From the IMG/VR virus record IMGVR_UViG_3300046791_000665: a DNA stretch of 64,000 bases; one strand, written 5' to 3'. The position numbers were made by a program, and so were the translations under genes. This document shows, one piece after another, positions 1-10,311 of this stretch; position 1 is the stretch's first letter, and each line of letters begins with the position of its first letter. The notes below the pieces were generated by a model. It ran no database searches, was not told where the DNA came from, and saw only the letters and a program-made list of their open reading frames with translations. The DNA comes from an uncultured virus (IMG/VR IMGVR_UViG_3300046791_000665). Taxonomy: Duplodnaviria > Heunggongvirae > Uroviricota > Caudoviricetes.

Positions 1-117
1 TAAACGTGTAAAGCCTGATAAACGCTACTAGGTACTCGTTTAGCAGCCTCTGACCTATATATGTTCACATGTAGCTGTACGCTATATAGGCTAGGTATAT
101 AGCCTGAGGTCGCACCG

Positions 118-451
118 CAACCTCCGAGGTTGCGAGGTTGCGCTGAAAAAGGTTGTAGAGGCTAAACCCCGCGCCGCCAGCTGGAAATTCGACAACTCCC
201 GCAACCTCTTCGATTTTTTCGACCTTTCTGGGGGAACCCTCGATTGTCTATTAGTTGCCCCTAATATATGTAGCTCTACAACCTCCAACGATATTAACTC
301 TCAAAAGGTTGTAGTCCTATATAGAAAAAAGCGGTATATACCCCTTCCTAAAAGACTTCTTCAAAAAGGTTGCAGAGGTTGTAGAGGTTGTAAAGATCCA
401 GCAATATCTTTGAGGTTTTTGACCTACAACCTCGGTCCCAACCTACAACCT
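118..451. repeat. AT-rich iteron cluster (CAACCT/AGGTTG), probable replication origin
   Basis: About 13 copies in both orientations (118,127,135,150,202,279,306,367,376,385,427,439,446) in an AT-rich non-coding stretch upstream of the primase-helicase. Confidence 0.7.
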
Positions 452-666
452 TTTTTTCCAACGGTGTTTTAGGGGGCCGGCGCCCCCGCAAAAACAGCTG
501 TTTCTATATTTCTAGAACTTTACCGTATTTTTGAATTAGAACTCGGACTCTCGGACCCTCCAGTGACGCTGCCCCCGTTCTCAGCCGGCGCGCACCGCTC
601 ATTCGCAAACTGCAAACGATCGGCAACGATTCCGCATCGTTCCGCCGTCGAAGATGTTCGAAAAAG

Positions 667-696
667 TTGACACGCTCCGACCGCGCGGTGTACAAG
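667..696 (+). promoter_or_regulatory. sigma70-type promoter of the primase operon
   Basis: TTGACA-N18-TACAAG preceded by an A-tract. Confidence 0.55.
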
Positions 697-706
697 CACT
701 CGACCT

Positions 707-903
707 GCCGCGATCTGCTACGCGAGGCGATCGCGGCGGCGACAAGAGAAACGAACGAACTGGGTGGGCTCCTCCAAGGGCAGCACGGGGGGCGCGCGCA
801 GGGAAAAGTCGGAGAAAGTCGGGCGCTCCCCACCCGGCAACACCTGACCGACCCGGCGCGCGGCCCGGCGCGCGCCCCACGCGGTGCCCTTGGAGACAAG
901 AGA
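707..903 (+). ncRNA. putative structured 5' leader RNA
   Basis: Perfect stems 707-715/729-737, 772-782/885-895 and 789-799/868-878; GACAAGAGA repeated at 741 and 895. Confidence 0.4.
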
Positions 904-1056
904 CCATGCCGACTCTACCGCACCGCATCTCGCACCTGTACTCGTTCCCGCGGACCCCCTCCAAGAAAATCTCGAAGTAGCGCGCTGATCCATGAATAGC
1001 GCGTTCAAACGCCGCGAGAGCGGCGCGGAGCCCTGTCGCCTCTATGGGGCGCAGCA

Positions 1057-4000
1057 TTGATGTCGGCAGCGTCCGAGACGCCTCCGGTGACGCCTGCGCC
1101 GCCCCCGGCGGTCGTGCAGGCGGCAGCCGACGACAAGTTCGAGATCGTCTTCTACCGCGACCAGGAGTCGACCGCCCCGGGACACTGCAGCATTTCCTGG
1201 GAGCGCTTCGCAGAGTTCGTCACCACCTGCGCGGAGGCGAGCCCCTGCACCGTCGCCGATGGTCCGTTCAAGTGCGCGGGGAAGAAGTGCGTCTACAAGA
1301 GCCACTCGGCGCTCCCCGCGAACGCCGACAACAACATGGCCTGGGCCCCGACCGAAATCGAGGGCAGCCGCCTCGACAAGAACGTCCGCTTCCTCACGGC
1401 CCTGGTACTCGACTTCGACCACGTCTCGTGGAGCGTCGGCGAGGCGATCGACGAGAAACTCTCCGCCTGGGAGCACATCGCCCACACGACCCACAACCAT
1501 CGCGGCGGGGACGACAACTGCCTCCGCCACATCCTCCGCCTCTCGCGGAAGGTGCACGCGAACCAGTGGCACCGCTTCCTCCCCGCCGCGATCGCCTACC
1601 TCGGCGTGACCGTCGACAACGGCGAGGGCGAGCGCCAGCCCGATCCGACCTGCAAGAACCGCTCGAGGTTCTACTATCTGCCGTCCCACCCCGGCGATGC
1701 CCCCCGCGGCGCCGCCCGCGTGCCCGGCAAGGTGCTCGACGTGGACGAGGTGCTCTCGTGGGCGGAGCAGCACCTGCCCATGCCCGCGCCATTCGACGAC
1801 TCGGTGCGCGAGGCGCTGCCCGAGATCTCGGACTGGGACCTCGACGGTCCGGACATCCTGGAGGCGATCGACCTCGCGTCGAACTATTTCCCGACGAGGC
1901 GGCGCCACGAGTTCGCTGCCGCCCTGGCCGGAATGTTGCGCCGGGCCGGAGCCTCTGAAGACGACGCGCGCTGGCTCGTGCGCGAGATCTGTGTCCGGGG
2001 AGGATCCACCGATCCGGACAAGCGCGTGACCACGGTGCCCCACACCTACGGGCTCTCCGACAACAGCTTCATGACCGGGCTCACGCGCGTCGCCGAGATC
2101 CTTAACGGGGAGGATGTCGAGGGGCTGAAGATCGCGAAGGAGATCGGCGACTACTTCACGAACGCGCGCAACGAGGCTTGCCTGCGCGGGTTCACGCCGC
2201 GGAACTTACCCGCGAACGGTGCAAATGGCGCGAACGGGGCGCACGCGGGCGGGACCAACGGCGCGAACGGATACAGTACCTCGCTCGTCCCCTCCGGTTA
2301 CACCAACCTCGAAGACGTGCGCGCCGCCATCGCCGCGCTCGCGTCGAGGCGCGCTAGCTCCCTCGAGCGCGAGGACAAGATCGACGCCATCATCCTGCGC
2401 CGCGTCCTGAACGGTGAGCCGATCGCGAAGCCCGGCGGATACGGTGACGTGGAGACGGTGCGCGAGGACGCCGAGCGAGGGGTCACTCGCGATATGGCGA
2501 TCCGTCAGGCGGTCGGGGCCATTGCCTTCGTCGTGCCGGAGGGCACGAGTTGGGAAGCGGTCGCGCCGATCCTCCAGCCGTCGCTCTCTTCCACGATCGT
2601 CGATCCGGGCGAGGATTGGATGCGAGAGGCGGCGAAGATCTATCGCAGCGCCGACTTGAAGCGCAGGGCCCAGTCCGCCGAGCGCGCCGCCGCCGAGGCC
2701 GCGCGCAAGGACCGGATCCTCGAGCGGATGGGTGCGGGGAGCGGGGGCGGTGGCGCGCCGCCGTCGCCGCCGAACGGTCCGAACTGGAAGGACGATCTCA
2801 AGAAGGGTGCGGGCGGCTTGCCGACCGTGAACCCGTTCAACGTCGAGTTGATTCTGAAGAACGACGAGAATTTTTGCGGGATGATCAAGTGGAACGAATT
2901 TGACAAGATCCTTGAGATCCACGGGGGTGTGCTCGTGGCCGCGTCGGCGAAGGGCGCCGAGCACATCGTGACCGGGGCGCGCAACTACATCAGCGGGAAG
3001 TGGGATATGACGATCGAGTTCAACGACTTGAAGAGGCAGATCATGGCGGTCGCGCACAACCACTCGTACGATCCGCTCGCCGAGCACCTGCGCTCGCGCG
3101 TGTGGGATCGTACTCCCCGCATCGAGGAGATGCTGATCCGGTACTTCGGCGTGAAGGATACGGCGCACACGCGCCGGATCAGCCGCCGCTGGATGATCGG
3201 TGCCGTCGCGCGCGTGTTCGAGCCGGGGTGCAAGTTCGACAACGTGCTCGTGTTCGAGGAGATCCAGGGCGCGAAGAAGTCGACGGCGTTCGAGGCGCTC
3301 GGCGGCGGGTTCTATACCTCTACAGAAATCAATTTCCGCGACAAGGACGCGAAGATGCTCGCGGCGACGTCGTGGATCGTGGAGCTTGCCGAACTCGACT
3401 CGCTGCGCAAGAGCGACCGAGAACTCATCAAGGCATTTTTGACGCAGCGCTGGGATAAGTATCGACCGCCGTTCGGCGCGGACATGATCAAGTCGCCGAG
3501 GCGCTGCGTGTTCGTCGGCTCGACGAACGAGAAGCGCTACCTGACCGATCCGACGGGCGCGCGGCGCTTCTGGCCCGTGAAGTGCGGCGTGAACGGCGAC
3601 ATCGACATGAACGGGCTCCTGCGCGACCATGACCTCCTGTGGGGCGAGGCGGTCGCGATCTACTTCGCGCACCTCTCCTGTCCCGCCTGCCACGCGTCGA
3701 CCGACACGGTGCGCGGGCAGAAGCCGCGTTGCGCCGACCACCGCTGGTGGCTCGACAAGAAGGAGGAGAAGGAGGCGGCGAGGGACGCGGGCGAGCGCGA
3801 GGAGGACGCGCCCTGGATGGCGTGGAGTGACAAAATCATTGAATGGTGGAAGAACCTGAAGATCCGCCCCGCGACGATGACGGTGAACCAGATCGCCTTC
3901 GAGGTCGGAGAACTGCCCGTGGACCGCGTGACGAAGGGCGTGCAGACCGAGATCGGCTGGGCGATGGAGAAGCTCGGGTTCATCCGCGTGGAGAGCAAGC

Positions 4001-4137
4001 GCCACTACATCGCGTCGCCGGAGCTTCTCAGGATGACGCCGGGGCGCGGACTGTACGCGGTTCCGGGCGGGAAGAAGGATGAGGAGAAGAAGGCAGAGGG
4101 TGACGGTAAGGATGACGGGGACAAGACGAAGAAGTAG
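1057..4137 (+). CDS. primase-helicase (N-terminal prim-pol-like domain, C-terminal VirE/VapE-type P-loop helicase)
   Basis: LVLDFD and HTTHNH primase motifs; QGAKKST Walker A, IVELAELD Walker B, RRCVFVGSTN and GARRFWPV typical of the VirE family. Confidence 0.88.
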   Translation: MMSAASETPPVTPAPPPAVVQAAADDKFEIVFYRDQESTAPGHCSISWERFAEFVTTCAEASPCTVADGPFKCAGKKCVYKSHSALPANADNNMAWAPTEIEGSRLDKNVRFLTALVLDFDHVSWSVGEAIDEKLSAWEHIAHTTHNHRGGDDNCLRHILRLSRKVHANQWHRFLPAAIAYLGVTVDNGEGERQPDPTCKNRSRFYYLPSHPGDAPRGAARVPGKVLDVDEVLSWAEQHLPMPAPFDDSVREALPEISDWDLDGPDILEAIDLASNYFPTRRRHEFAAALAGMLRRAGASEDDARWLVREICVRGGSTDPDKRVTTVPHTYGLSDNSFMTGLTRVAEILNGEDVEGLKIAKEIGDYFTNARNEACLRGFTPRNLPANGANGANGAHAGGTNGANGYSTSLVPSGYTNLEDVRAAIAALASRRASSLEREDKIDAIILRRVLNGEPIAKPGGYGDVETVREDAERGVTRDMAIRQAVGAIAFVVPEGTSWEAVAPILQPSLSSTIVDPGEDWMREAAKIYRSADLKRRAQSAERAAAEAARKDRILERMGAGSGGGGAPPSPPNGPNWKDDLKKGAGGLPTVNPFNVELILKNDENFCGMIKWNEFDKILEIHGGVLVAASAKGAEHIVTGARNYISGKWDMTIEFNDLKRQIMAVAHNHSYDPLAEHLRSRVWDRTPRIEEMLIRYFGVKDTAHTRRISRRWMIGAVARVFEPGCKFDNVLVFEEIQGAKKSTAFEALGGGFYTSTEINFRDKDAKMLAATSWIVELAELDSLRKSDRELIKAFLTQRWDKYRPPFGADMIKSPRRCVFVGSTNEKRYLTDPTGARRFWPVKCGVNGDIDMNGLLRDHDLLWGEAVAIYFAHLSCPACHASTDTVRGQKPRCADHRWWLDKKEEKEAARDAGEREEDAPWMAWSDKIIEWWKNLKIRPATMTVNQIAFEVGELPVDRVTKGVQTEIGWAMEKLGFIRVESKRHYIASPELLRMTPGRGLYAVPGGKKDEEKKAEGDGKDDGDKTKK

Positions 4138-4152
4138 GAGCGGAGCGCTGAA

Positions 4153-4317
4153 ATGAGCATCTGCAAGGGCTGCGACGGAGAAATCGAGTCGGGGCGGGAA
4201 GCGGTCGACGGCGACTGCTACGTCTGGCACCCCGAGTGCGCGGACGAAGCCAAGGTCGAAATCGTTTCTCCGAGTGATTTGAGATGGCGTGTGATCACAG
4301 CCCGCTGGGGGCTTTGA
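4153..4317 (+). CDS. small Cys/His (LIM-like) hypothetical protein
   Basis: MSICKGC...WHPEC; fills the gap between neighbours, GGAG upstream. Confidence 0.5.
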   Translation: MSICKGCDGEIESGREAVDGDCYVWHPECADEAKVEIVSPSDLRWRVITARWGL

Positions 4318-4734
4318 ATGAGCTTGATTGACGACGCGAAGCGGGTGCTGGAGTTGGACGCCACCGGGAGCACGGGGGTGTGGCAAGAGGGGGTAGCAGG
4401 TAACACCAACCTCGTGGCTTACGACGGTGATGATGTCAAGGGCGTTGGCAGGGTGGATTGGGACGCGAACCGGCGCCTGATCATCGCCTATCGAACTCTC
4501 GCCCCCTACCTCGCCCGCGCTGTCCTTGCCGCCGAGGAGGACAAGCGCAGGGCCGTCCGTAACCTTGAGGCTGAACTCGCGAGGTTGAAGGGTGGGGAAC
4601 AGTGCAGTGCCGCAGGCTGGGGCGTGCCCTCGTATGTGGAGCTACCCGAGGGAGGGTTTCGGGTGTGCCCCGCTTGCGAAGCGCTCGTGCAGACGGAAGA
4701 TGGGCGCCTGATACCGCACGGGAGGAAGAAGTGA
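4318..4734 (+). CDS. hypothetical protein, C-terminal CxxC
   Basis: ORF abuts the previous stop; CPAC...PH. Confidence 0.55.
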   Translation: MSLIDDAKRVLELDATGSTGVWQEGVAGNTNLVAYDGDDVKGVGRVDWDANRRLIIAYRTLAPYLARAVLAAEEDKRRAVRNLEAELARLKGGEQCSAAGWGVPSYVELPEGGFRVCPACEALVQTEDGRLIPHGRKK

Positions 4735-4761
4735 ATTTCTCCATCGTGCTGCCAAACTGAG

Positions 4762-5124
4762 ATGCCCGCGGCGTCGCGCAACATTCGCGGCTCGAGCTAC
4801 GACCGCCGCCGCAGGCGCGAGTGGCTCGTCGAGCAGCACGGGATCCCGCGGAAGAGGGACGGGGCGAAGACCCGTCTGCCGTGCCACCACTGCAGAAAGA
4901 TCATGATGGTTGACGGACCTTTCGAAGTCGATCGCTTTCCTGTTTGCGGGCACGACGGCGGGCGCTATACGCGGGATAATATCGTGGCATCGTGCGTGAA
5001 GTGCAACAAGAACCGCTGCACGACCGCGAAGAATTGCCGCAAGACACACGGCAGACCGAGTTACTACGCCGACGCGCTATCGCTTTTACCTGTGGAAGAA
5101 AAAAGCGACGAAATTCCCTTCTAG
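4762..5124 (+). CDS. HNH-type endonuclease
   Basis: CHHC...EVDRFPVCGHDGGRYTRDNIVASCVKCN. Confidence 0.75.
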   Translation: MPAASRNIRGSSYDRRRRREWLVEQHGIPRKRDGAKTRLPCHHCRKIMMVDGPFEVDRFPVCGHDGGRYTRDNIVASCVKCNKNRCTTAKNCRKTHGRPSYYADALSLLPVEEKSDEIPF

Positions 5125-5176
5125 CGCGCAGAAAGTCTTTGCAATCAACATACGGACCTGATATGGGATGGGTGCG

Positions 5177-5326
5177 GTGACGAAGCGAAAAATGATTCCT
5201 CGTTTGATTCTCTTTTCGAAGCCCGCTACGGACTGGCTGAAGGAGGCATCTGCGGCTCTCGGCGTGTCGACGTCCGAGTTCGTGCGCAGGATCGTCGACG
5301 AGAAGCGGAAGAGGGCGCGGTATTGA
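5177..5326 (+). CDS. ribbon-helix-helix regulator (start may be 5168)
   Basis: RLILFSKPATDWLKEASAALGVSTSEFVRRIVDE; TTGCAA-N17-TATGGG at 5139-5167. Confidence 0.6.
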   Translation: MTKRKMIPRLILFSKPATDWLKEASAALGVSTSEFVRRIVDEKRKRARY

Positions 5327-7455
5327 GCGGGCAGTCGCAGATTCCTGCACCGAAGAAGGACGATCGCCCGTTCCTCGGGCGCGCGGTCGTCGGCGGCACC
5401 ATCCGCTACTTGTCCGTCTCCCAGGTGAAGCAGTTTGACGAGACTCAGGAGGGCGGCTGCCCGACGCGCTGGGCGTTTCAAAAACTCTTTGGAAAGAAGG
5501 AGCCGAAGAGCGATGCGCAGATGGCGGGTAATCAGTATGCGAAGGAGGCAGAACACTACCTCACCAAGGGCGAAGACGTACTCGGTTCGGTGATGCGCGC
5601 CGGCAAGCACCTCATGCCCCACTTCGGGCCGGATCTCGAGGTAGAGAAAGACATCGTCGGCGATATCGTGAAGGTGCTCGCGGCGCGCGACGAGTACCTG
5701 CGCACGGGATCGCAGGTCCAGAATGAAAATGTTCTGCGGTTGGCGCACCTGACCGCTCTTGGGATCCCGTTCACTGGACCGTTCGACATTCGCCATCGTC
5801 GAGGAGAGTACATCGACGAGGGGGGCGTGCTGCGGCGCGAGGCAGACGGGCTGGTGGTCGTGGAAATCGTCGACCACAAGACGACGAAGCGCATCAGCAA
5901 CTACACGTCGAAAAATGGAAAAACATACTCGGGTTACGCAAAGAGCATTGAGCAGATTCTGATTGATCCGCAGATGTTGGGCTACGGGGTGGGCAGCGCC
6001 AACGCATATCTAGACGCGACGCACACGAGGCTCTCGCACCTCTACTACCAGCGCGAGAACGGCTACGTCGCCGAGAAGCGCACGGGGTTGCTCACCGTAG
6101 CCGAGGTGAGGCAGCGGTGGGAGCAGTACGTCGTCCCCGTCGTTGGTCGGATGGTTGAGTCCGCGCGTGCGACCCGGCCCGAGGATGTGCCGAAGAATCT
6201 CTCGGCTTGCAAGTCGTTCGGAAAAGATTGCCCGCACATCGCGTACTGCCCGCGTCCTGCAGGCACGATTCACGATCTGTTCAAAATTTCACGAGGAGGA
6301 GCGGAAATGGGTTCTGGTTTGTTTGCCACGCTGAAGGGTTCGGAGACGCCCGCTGCCGCGCCGAGCGCGCCGTCGCCGGGTTTGTTTGCCGGGGTGGCGA
6401 CCGCGCCGCAGGCGCCCGCCGCCGCCGCCGCGCCTGGGATGGGGCTCTTCGCGCCCCCGGCCGCAGCGCCCGCCGCCGCGCCGCCCGCGCCGCAGATCGA
6501 CATGGTCGCGTACGAGGCGGAGCGCGCTGCGGCCCGCGCGCGACTCCTCGCCGAGAGCGCGCCGCAGGCGCCGTACGTCTCCGTGCCGCAGCCGCCTCCG
6601 GCGAGCCCGGTCGCGGTCGCCCGCTACTCCTGCGGTGCGCCGGGCTGCGGTGTGAAGTGCATTCCCGGGTACGTCGTGTCGGATCACAGCCCGAGCGCGT
6701 TCATGCTCTGCGCGAACTGCAAGGGGCAGGGGGGTGCGGCGCCGCCGCTCCCGCTCGCCGCTGCGGTGGTCTCGCACATCGGTGCGGTCAATCCGCCGGA
6801 CGCGCCGCCGCTCGACCCGGTTGCCGACAGCGCGCCGCTCAAGCCCGAGGAAATCGCTGCGATCACGGACCCGGAATTGAAGGCCCGCGCCGAGGCGCAC
6901 GCCGTCGCGTGGAAGGCCGCGCAGCCCCCGCCGGAGGAGGGCAAGGAGAAGACGTCGGGCAAGTGCTCGCGCGGCTCCGAGCGCGTCAAGCTCACGCAGG
7001 AGCAGGCGGGTAAGAAGCGCTACCTGTGCTCGTGCGGCAAGGAGTTGAAGATCAAGCCCTCGGCGGACTTCACCGAGGCGACGCTGCCCGGGCACATCAT
7101 GCCGAAGGTGGAGGGTGCGGTGGCTCCCGCTGCGGCTGTTACGGTGCCGCCGCCTGCTCCGCCCGCGCTCCCGGTGATGGTCGCGGCTCCGGCACCCCCG
7201 CCTCCACCCCCGCCCGGCTTTCCGTTTCCCGCGGCGCCGCCGTCGCCCGCTGCTGCGCTCGCGGCGCCCCCGCCCCCGCCGCCGGGCTACCTCGCGCCCG
7301 ACGCTCTCCAGAAGCAGACGGCGCTGCCTGAGACGGTCGTGGCGCCTCCGGCTCCCCCGCCGACCGAGGGAGACAGTCGAGTTCGCACGGCGAAGATGCT
7401 GCGCAAGCTGGCCGACCTCGTGGAGGAGCGCGGGATCGACCTGCTCTCCGAGTGA
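5323..7455 (+). CDS. PD-(D/E)XK (Cas4-like) exonuclease with long Pro/Ala-rich, Cys-containing C-terminus
   Basis: LSVSQ...CP; GPFD...IVDHKT; QMLGY; C...CPH...C. Confidence 0.75.
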   Translation: MSGQSQIPAPKKDDRPFLGRAVVGGTIRYLSVSQVKQFDETQEGGCPTRWAFQKLFGKKEPKSDAQMAGNQYAKEAEHYLTKGEDVLGSVMRAGKHLMPHFGPDLEVEKDIVGDIVKVLAARDEYLRTGSQVQNENVLRLAHLTALGIPFTGPFDIRHRRGEYIDEGGVLRREADGLVVVEIVDHKTTKRISNYTSKNGKTYSGYAKSIEQILIDPQMLGYGVGSANAYLDATHTRLSHLYYQRENGYVAEKRTGLLTVAEVRQRWEQYVVPVVGRMVESARATRPEDVPKNLSACKSFGKDCPHIAYCPRPAGTIHDLFKISRGGAEMGSGLFATLKGSETPAAAPSAPSPGLFAGVATAPQAPAAAAAPGMGLFAPPAAAPAAAPPAPQIDMVAYEAERAAARARLLAESAPQAPYVSVPQPPPASPVAVARYSCGAPGCGVKCIPGYVVSDHSPSAFMLCANCKGQGGAAPPLPLAAAVVSHIGAVNPPDAPPLDPVADSAPLKPEEIAAITDPELKARAEAHAVAWKAAQPPPEEGKEKTSGKCSRGSERVKLTQEQAGKKRYLCSCGKELKIKPSADFTEATLPGHIMPKVEGAVAPAAAVTVPPPAPPALPVMVAAPAPPPPPPPGFPFPAAPPSPAAALAAPPPPPPGYLAPDALQKQTALPETVVAPPAPPPTEGDSRVRTAKMLRKLADLVEERGIDLLSE

Positions 7456-7458
7456 TTT

Positions 7459-7866
7459 ATGGAGATCGACGAGGGGATCCTGCGCGCCACTAACGCTGCG
7501 CGTGATGAAATCTTTGATGAAGTCGGAGCGCTCGAGCGGCAGGTTCAAGACCCGACGGTGAAGATCACGCGCACGCTGCTGCTCGAATCCCTCGCCAAGT
7601 TCCGAGCCGTGGTCGAGGATGCGGCGAAGCACGCGGCGGAAAAATCGCAGGAGCGCATGACCGAATTCGACGGTGAGCGCGTGGAGGAAGCGCTGAAGAA
7701 GAAAAAAGAAGTGGAGGATCAGATGGCCGATCTCGGACTGCGGTATGCCACGGCGCTGCGCGTGCTCGAGGACGCGGACGTGACCGAGTGGGATCTCGTC
7801 GGCGTGGAGAATCAGGTGAACCCGGTCCAGGTGCTGCGCGCGGCGCAGCTGAGGAAGCGAGGATAG
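7459..7866 (+). CDS. hypothetical coiled-coil protein
   Basis: Operonic spacing and codon usage. Confidence 0.6.
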   Translation: MEIDEGILRATNAARDEIFDEVGALERQVQDPTVKITRTLLLESLAKFRAVVEDAAKHAAEKSQERMTEFDGERVEEALKKKKEVEDQMADLGLRYATALRVLEDADVTEWDLVGVENQVNPVQVLRAAQLRKRG

Positions 7867-8814
7867 TTGGACCTCGATGACGCAGTTCAGGAAGTTGAGG
7901 AGCGCGAGTCGGCGCTGTGGGAGCAGGAGTGCCTGCCCGAGGAGTTTCTCCCACGCGTGCGCCGTCCCCGTATCGGGACGAAGCCTTCGGGCAAGGCGAA
8001 GTTCGAGTCTCCGGCGCGGTTTCGCGCGGTGTCGTCGAATCGGAAGCTCTCCCCGGTCGACGTCATTCCCTCGCCCGGCTCGTCCTACGGCATCGCACTC
8101 AAGCCGCGGGCGCCGTTCTGCTCGTCGACCTACGCCTCTATCGAGGCGACGTGCTCGACCGACTGCCCGTGGAAGGCGGGCGGCTGCTACGCCAAGGCGG
8201 GCATCACCGGGATGATCAACGCGCGAATGGACGAGGCTGCCGCGGGTAAGACGGAGTTGGAGGTGATGCGGGAGGAGGCGCGGCAGATCGACGCCGCGTT
8301 CGGTGGGCGGCTCGTGCCCGCTGACGGGGCCAGAGGCGGTCGCGATCTCCGGCTGCACGTGGGCGGAGACGCCTCCTCGGAAGCTGGAGCGCGCGCGCTC
8401 GCGGGTGCGGCGGAGCGGTGGAGGGGGCGGCGAGGTGGGACGGTCTGGACGTATAGCCACAGCTGGCGCTCGGTCGATCGGGCGGCGTGGGGCGGGATCT
8501 CGGTTCTGGCGTCGGTCGAGAGTGCGGCGGAAATCGAGCAGGCGAGGGCGCGCGGCTACGCGAGCGCGATCGTGGTCGAGCGGTTTCCGAAGCAGCACCG
8601 CGTGTTCTCGCTGCCGGGATCGACGGCGAAGATCATCCCGTGCCCGGCAGAGACGGCGAGTGTGACCTGCGTGAAGTGCAGGCTATGCCTGGACCGCGAT
8701 CTATTGAAGCACGACGAGGCGATCGCGTTCTCGCTGCACGGGCGGGATTCGGGCGCGGCGCGGTCGAAGCTGCGGGTGCTGAATGGCGACCAACTTACAA
8801 TGAAGGGGATCTGA
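7867..8814 (+). CDS. Cys-rich phage protein (DUF7227/gp88-like)
   Basis: TCSTDCPW...CYA, RLHVGGD, WTYSH, CPAE..TCVKCRLC. Confidence 0.6.
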   Translation: MDLDDAVQEVEERESALWEQECLPEEFLPRVRRPRIGTKPSGKAKFESPARFRAVSSNRKLSPVDVIPSPGSSYGIALKPRAPFCSSTYASIEATCSTDCPWKAGGCYAKAGITGMINARMDEAAAGKTELEVMREEARQIDAAFGGRLVPADGARGGRDLRLHVGGDASSEAGARALAGAAERWRGRRGGTVWTYSHSWRSVDRAAWGGISVLASVESAAEIEQARARGYASAIVVERFPKQHRVFSLPGSTAKIIPCPAETASVTCVKCRLCLDRDLLKHDEAIAFSLHGRDSGAARSKLRVLNGDQLTMKGI

Positions 8815-9026
8815 TGGAGACTGCGATTGCAGGAGATGAAGAGGTGATTTTGGTCTGCGACCACGCACCGAGGCCGAACTGGACGCAGTTCGAGCGCGGT
8901 GAGGTCGTCGCGGCGTTCGCCGACGGAACCGAGGTGGTGCCGGATTTTCTGGCGCTGTGCAACGACTGCTTCGCCCTGCCGATGCACGAGTTGAAGGCGA
9001 ATGTGGTGCGGAGGACGCGCAGGTAG
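8814..9026 (+). CDS. hypothetical protein
   Basis: TGATG coupling; CDH...LCNDC. Confidence 0.5.
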   Translation: METAIAGDEEVILVCDHAPRPNWTQFERGEVVAAFADGTEVVPDFLALCNDCFALPMHELKANVVRRTRR

Positions 9027-9049
9027 CTCTAGGGGAAAGGAAAAGAACC

Positions 9050-9496
9050 GTGGCTCTCAAGGGAAACGGTGCGACCGATGGTCGCACGATTTTTCGTCGC
9101 TGGCGCTTCTTCGGGTTCGAGTACCGCTCCGACCTGATCGCGCACGACTACATGCGCAGGTGGATGCTGAAGACCCCGTGGGGGATGCTGCGCCTGCACC
9201 ACATCCTCCGCGGTGACGAGGGCAAGCATTTTCACGATCACCCGATGGACTTCACCAGCCTCATCCTGAAGGGTGGATACACCGAGTACTGCCCGGGCCA
9301 GGAGCCGCGCCGATGCCTTCCCGGTGACGTCGTCAGCCGCAAGGCGGAGGATCTGCACTACCTCAAGCTCATCGATTCGTCGGCGTGGACGCTGCTCGTC
9401 ACGTCGCTGTTTCGCCGCGAGTGGGGATTTTCTACCGAAGACGGTTGGGTCATTGCGGGGGAGTACGACGCGTGGCGGAAGGCGAGGAGGACGTGA
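9050..9496 (+). CDS. cupin-like protein
   Basis: LHHILRGD...HDHPMDFTSLILKGGYTE...H. Confidence 0.7.
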   Translation: MALKGNGATDGRTIFRRWRFFGFEYRSDLIAHDYMRRWMLKTPWGMLRLHHILRGDEGKHFHDHPMDFTSLILKGGYTEYCPGQEPRRCLPGDVVSRKAEDLHYLKLIDSSAWTLLVTSLFRREWGFSTEDGWVIAGEYDAWRKARRT

Positions 9497-10311
9497 CCAT
9501 CTTCGAGCACCCTATCTGGCCGTACATCTTTAAACACGGGCACATCCCGGCTGGACGGGACAATTTGGATTTTTTGGATCTGCCCGACGATCTGCGCGCG
9601 CTCGCGATCGGCGTGCAGACCAACTGCGTGAGTTGCGGAAAGGTCATCAATCCTCTGCGGGCCCGCGCCCTCTCCACGCGCTCCCGCGTCGCCCACACCG
9701 CGATCGAGAAGAGGCTCTTCTACGCGCCGACGTGCCCGACCAATAGAGATTCGGGCTGCGCGCGCAGCAAATCCGCACAGAGACATAAGGATGAGGTTCG
9801 AGTTCGGTTCGGGCTGCCGCGCCGGATCATCGAGATCCAGGAGAGCGGCCCGATCGAGACGCACGACGCCCTGTGTCTCCAGGAGCCCTGGCTCGAATTG
9901 ATCTTGCTCGGGCTGAAGACGCTCGAGACACGGACGAAGTGCCTGCGACGGAAGGGCGGCGAGGTCGTGCTCGCCAGTTCGAAGAACTACGACAAGGCGG
10001 CGTGGGCGGATCCGAGGGTCGGCGGGCTCCTGAGCGACGCGTCGAAGGCTCGCGCGCTCGAGGGACTCGGGCAAATTGCCGGGCTGGTAACGTTCGGTGA
10101 CTGTCGCCTGGGCGTCCCCGGCGTCGAGGACGAGGCGGCGAGGATTGCGATCCTCCTGCCGACGGGCAAGCCGCGCTTCGTGTTCCCGATCACTTCGCCG
10201 CGCCGGGTGCAGCGCGTGGCGACCGTGCGCGTGAGACCAGACGGCACGGCGAAGCAGGGGTCGAGCCAGGGGTTCTTCAGGGTGCCGAAGAGCATCGTGA
10301 CCGTGCTGTGA
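9493..10311 (+). CDS. ASCH-domain protein with N-terminal Cys domain
   Basis: ALCLQEPWLELILLGLKTLETRT (GxKxxExR). Confidence 0.7.
   Translation: MTIFEHPIWPYIFKHGHIPAGRDNLDFLDLPDDLRALAIGVQTNCVSCGKVINPLRARALSTRSRVAHTAIEKRLFYAPTCPTNRDSGCARSKSAQRHKDEVRVRFGLPRRIIEIQESGPIETHDALCLQEPWLELILLGLKTLETRTKCLRRKGGEVVLASSKNYDKAAWADPRVGGLLSDASKARALEGLGQIAGLVTFGDCRLGVPGVEDEAARIAILLPTGKPRFVFPITSPRRVQRVATVRVRPDGTAKQGSSQGFFRVPKSIVTVL

Noticed and set aside
5323..7455. Cas4-like nuclease as evidence of CRISPR adaptation
   Set aside because: It is a stand-alone nuclease in a phage replication module, with no cas1/cas2 or array
1042..8598. Long antisense ORFs (1042-2043, 2206-4386, 6289-8598 and similar ones elsewhere)
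   Set aside because: Shadow frames of GC-rich genes: no motifs and complete overlap with well-supported + strand CDSs
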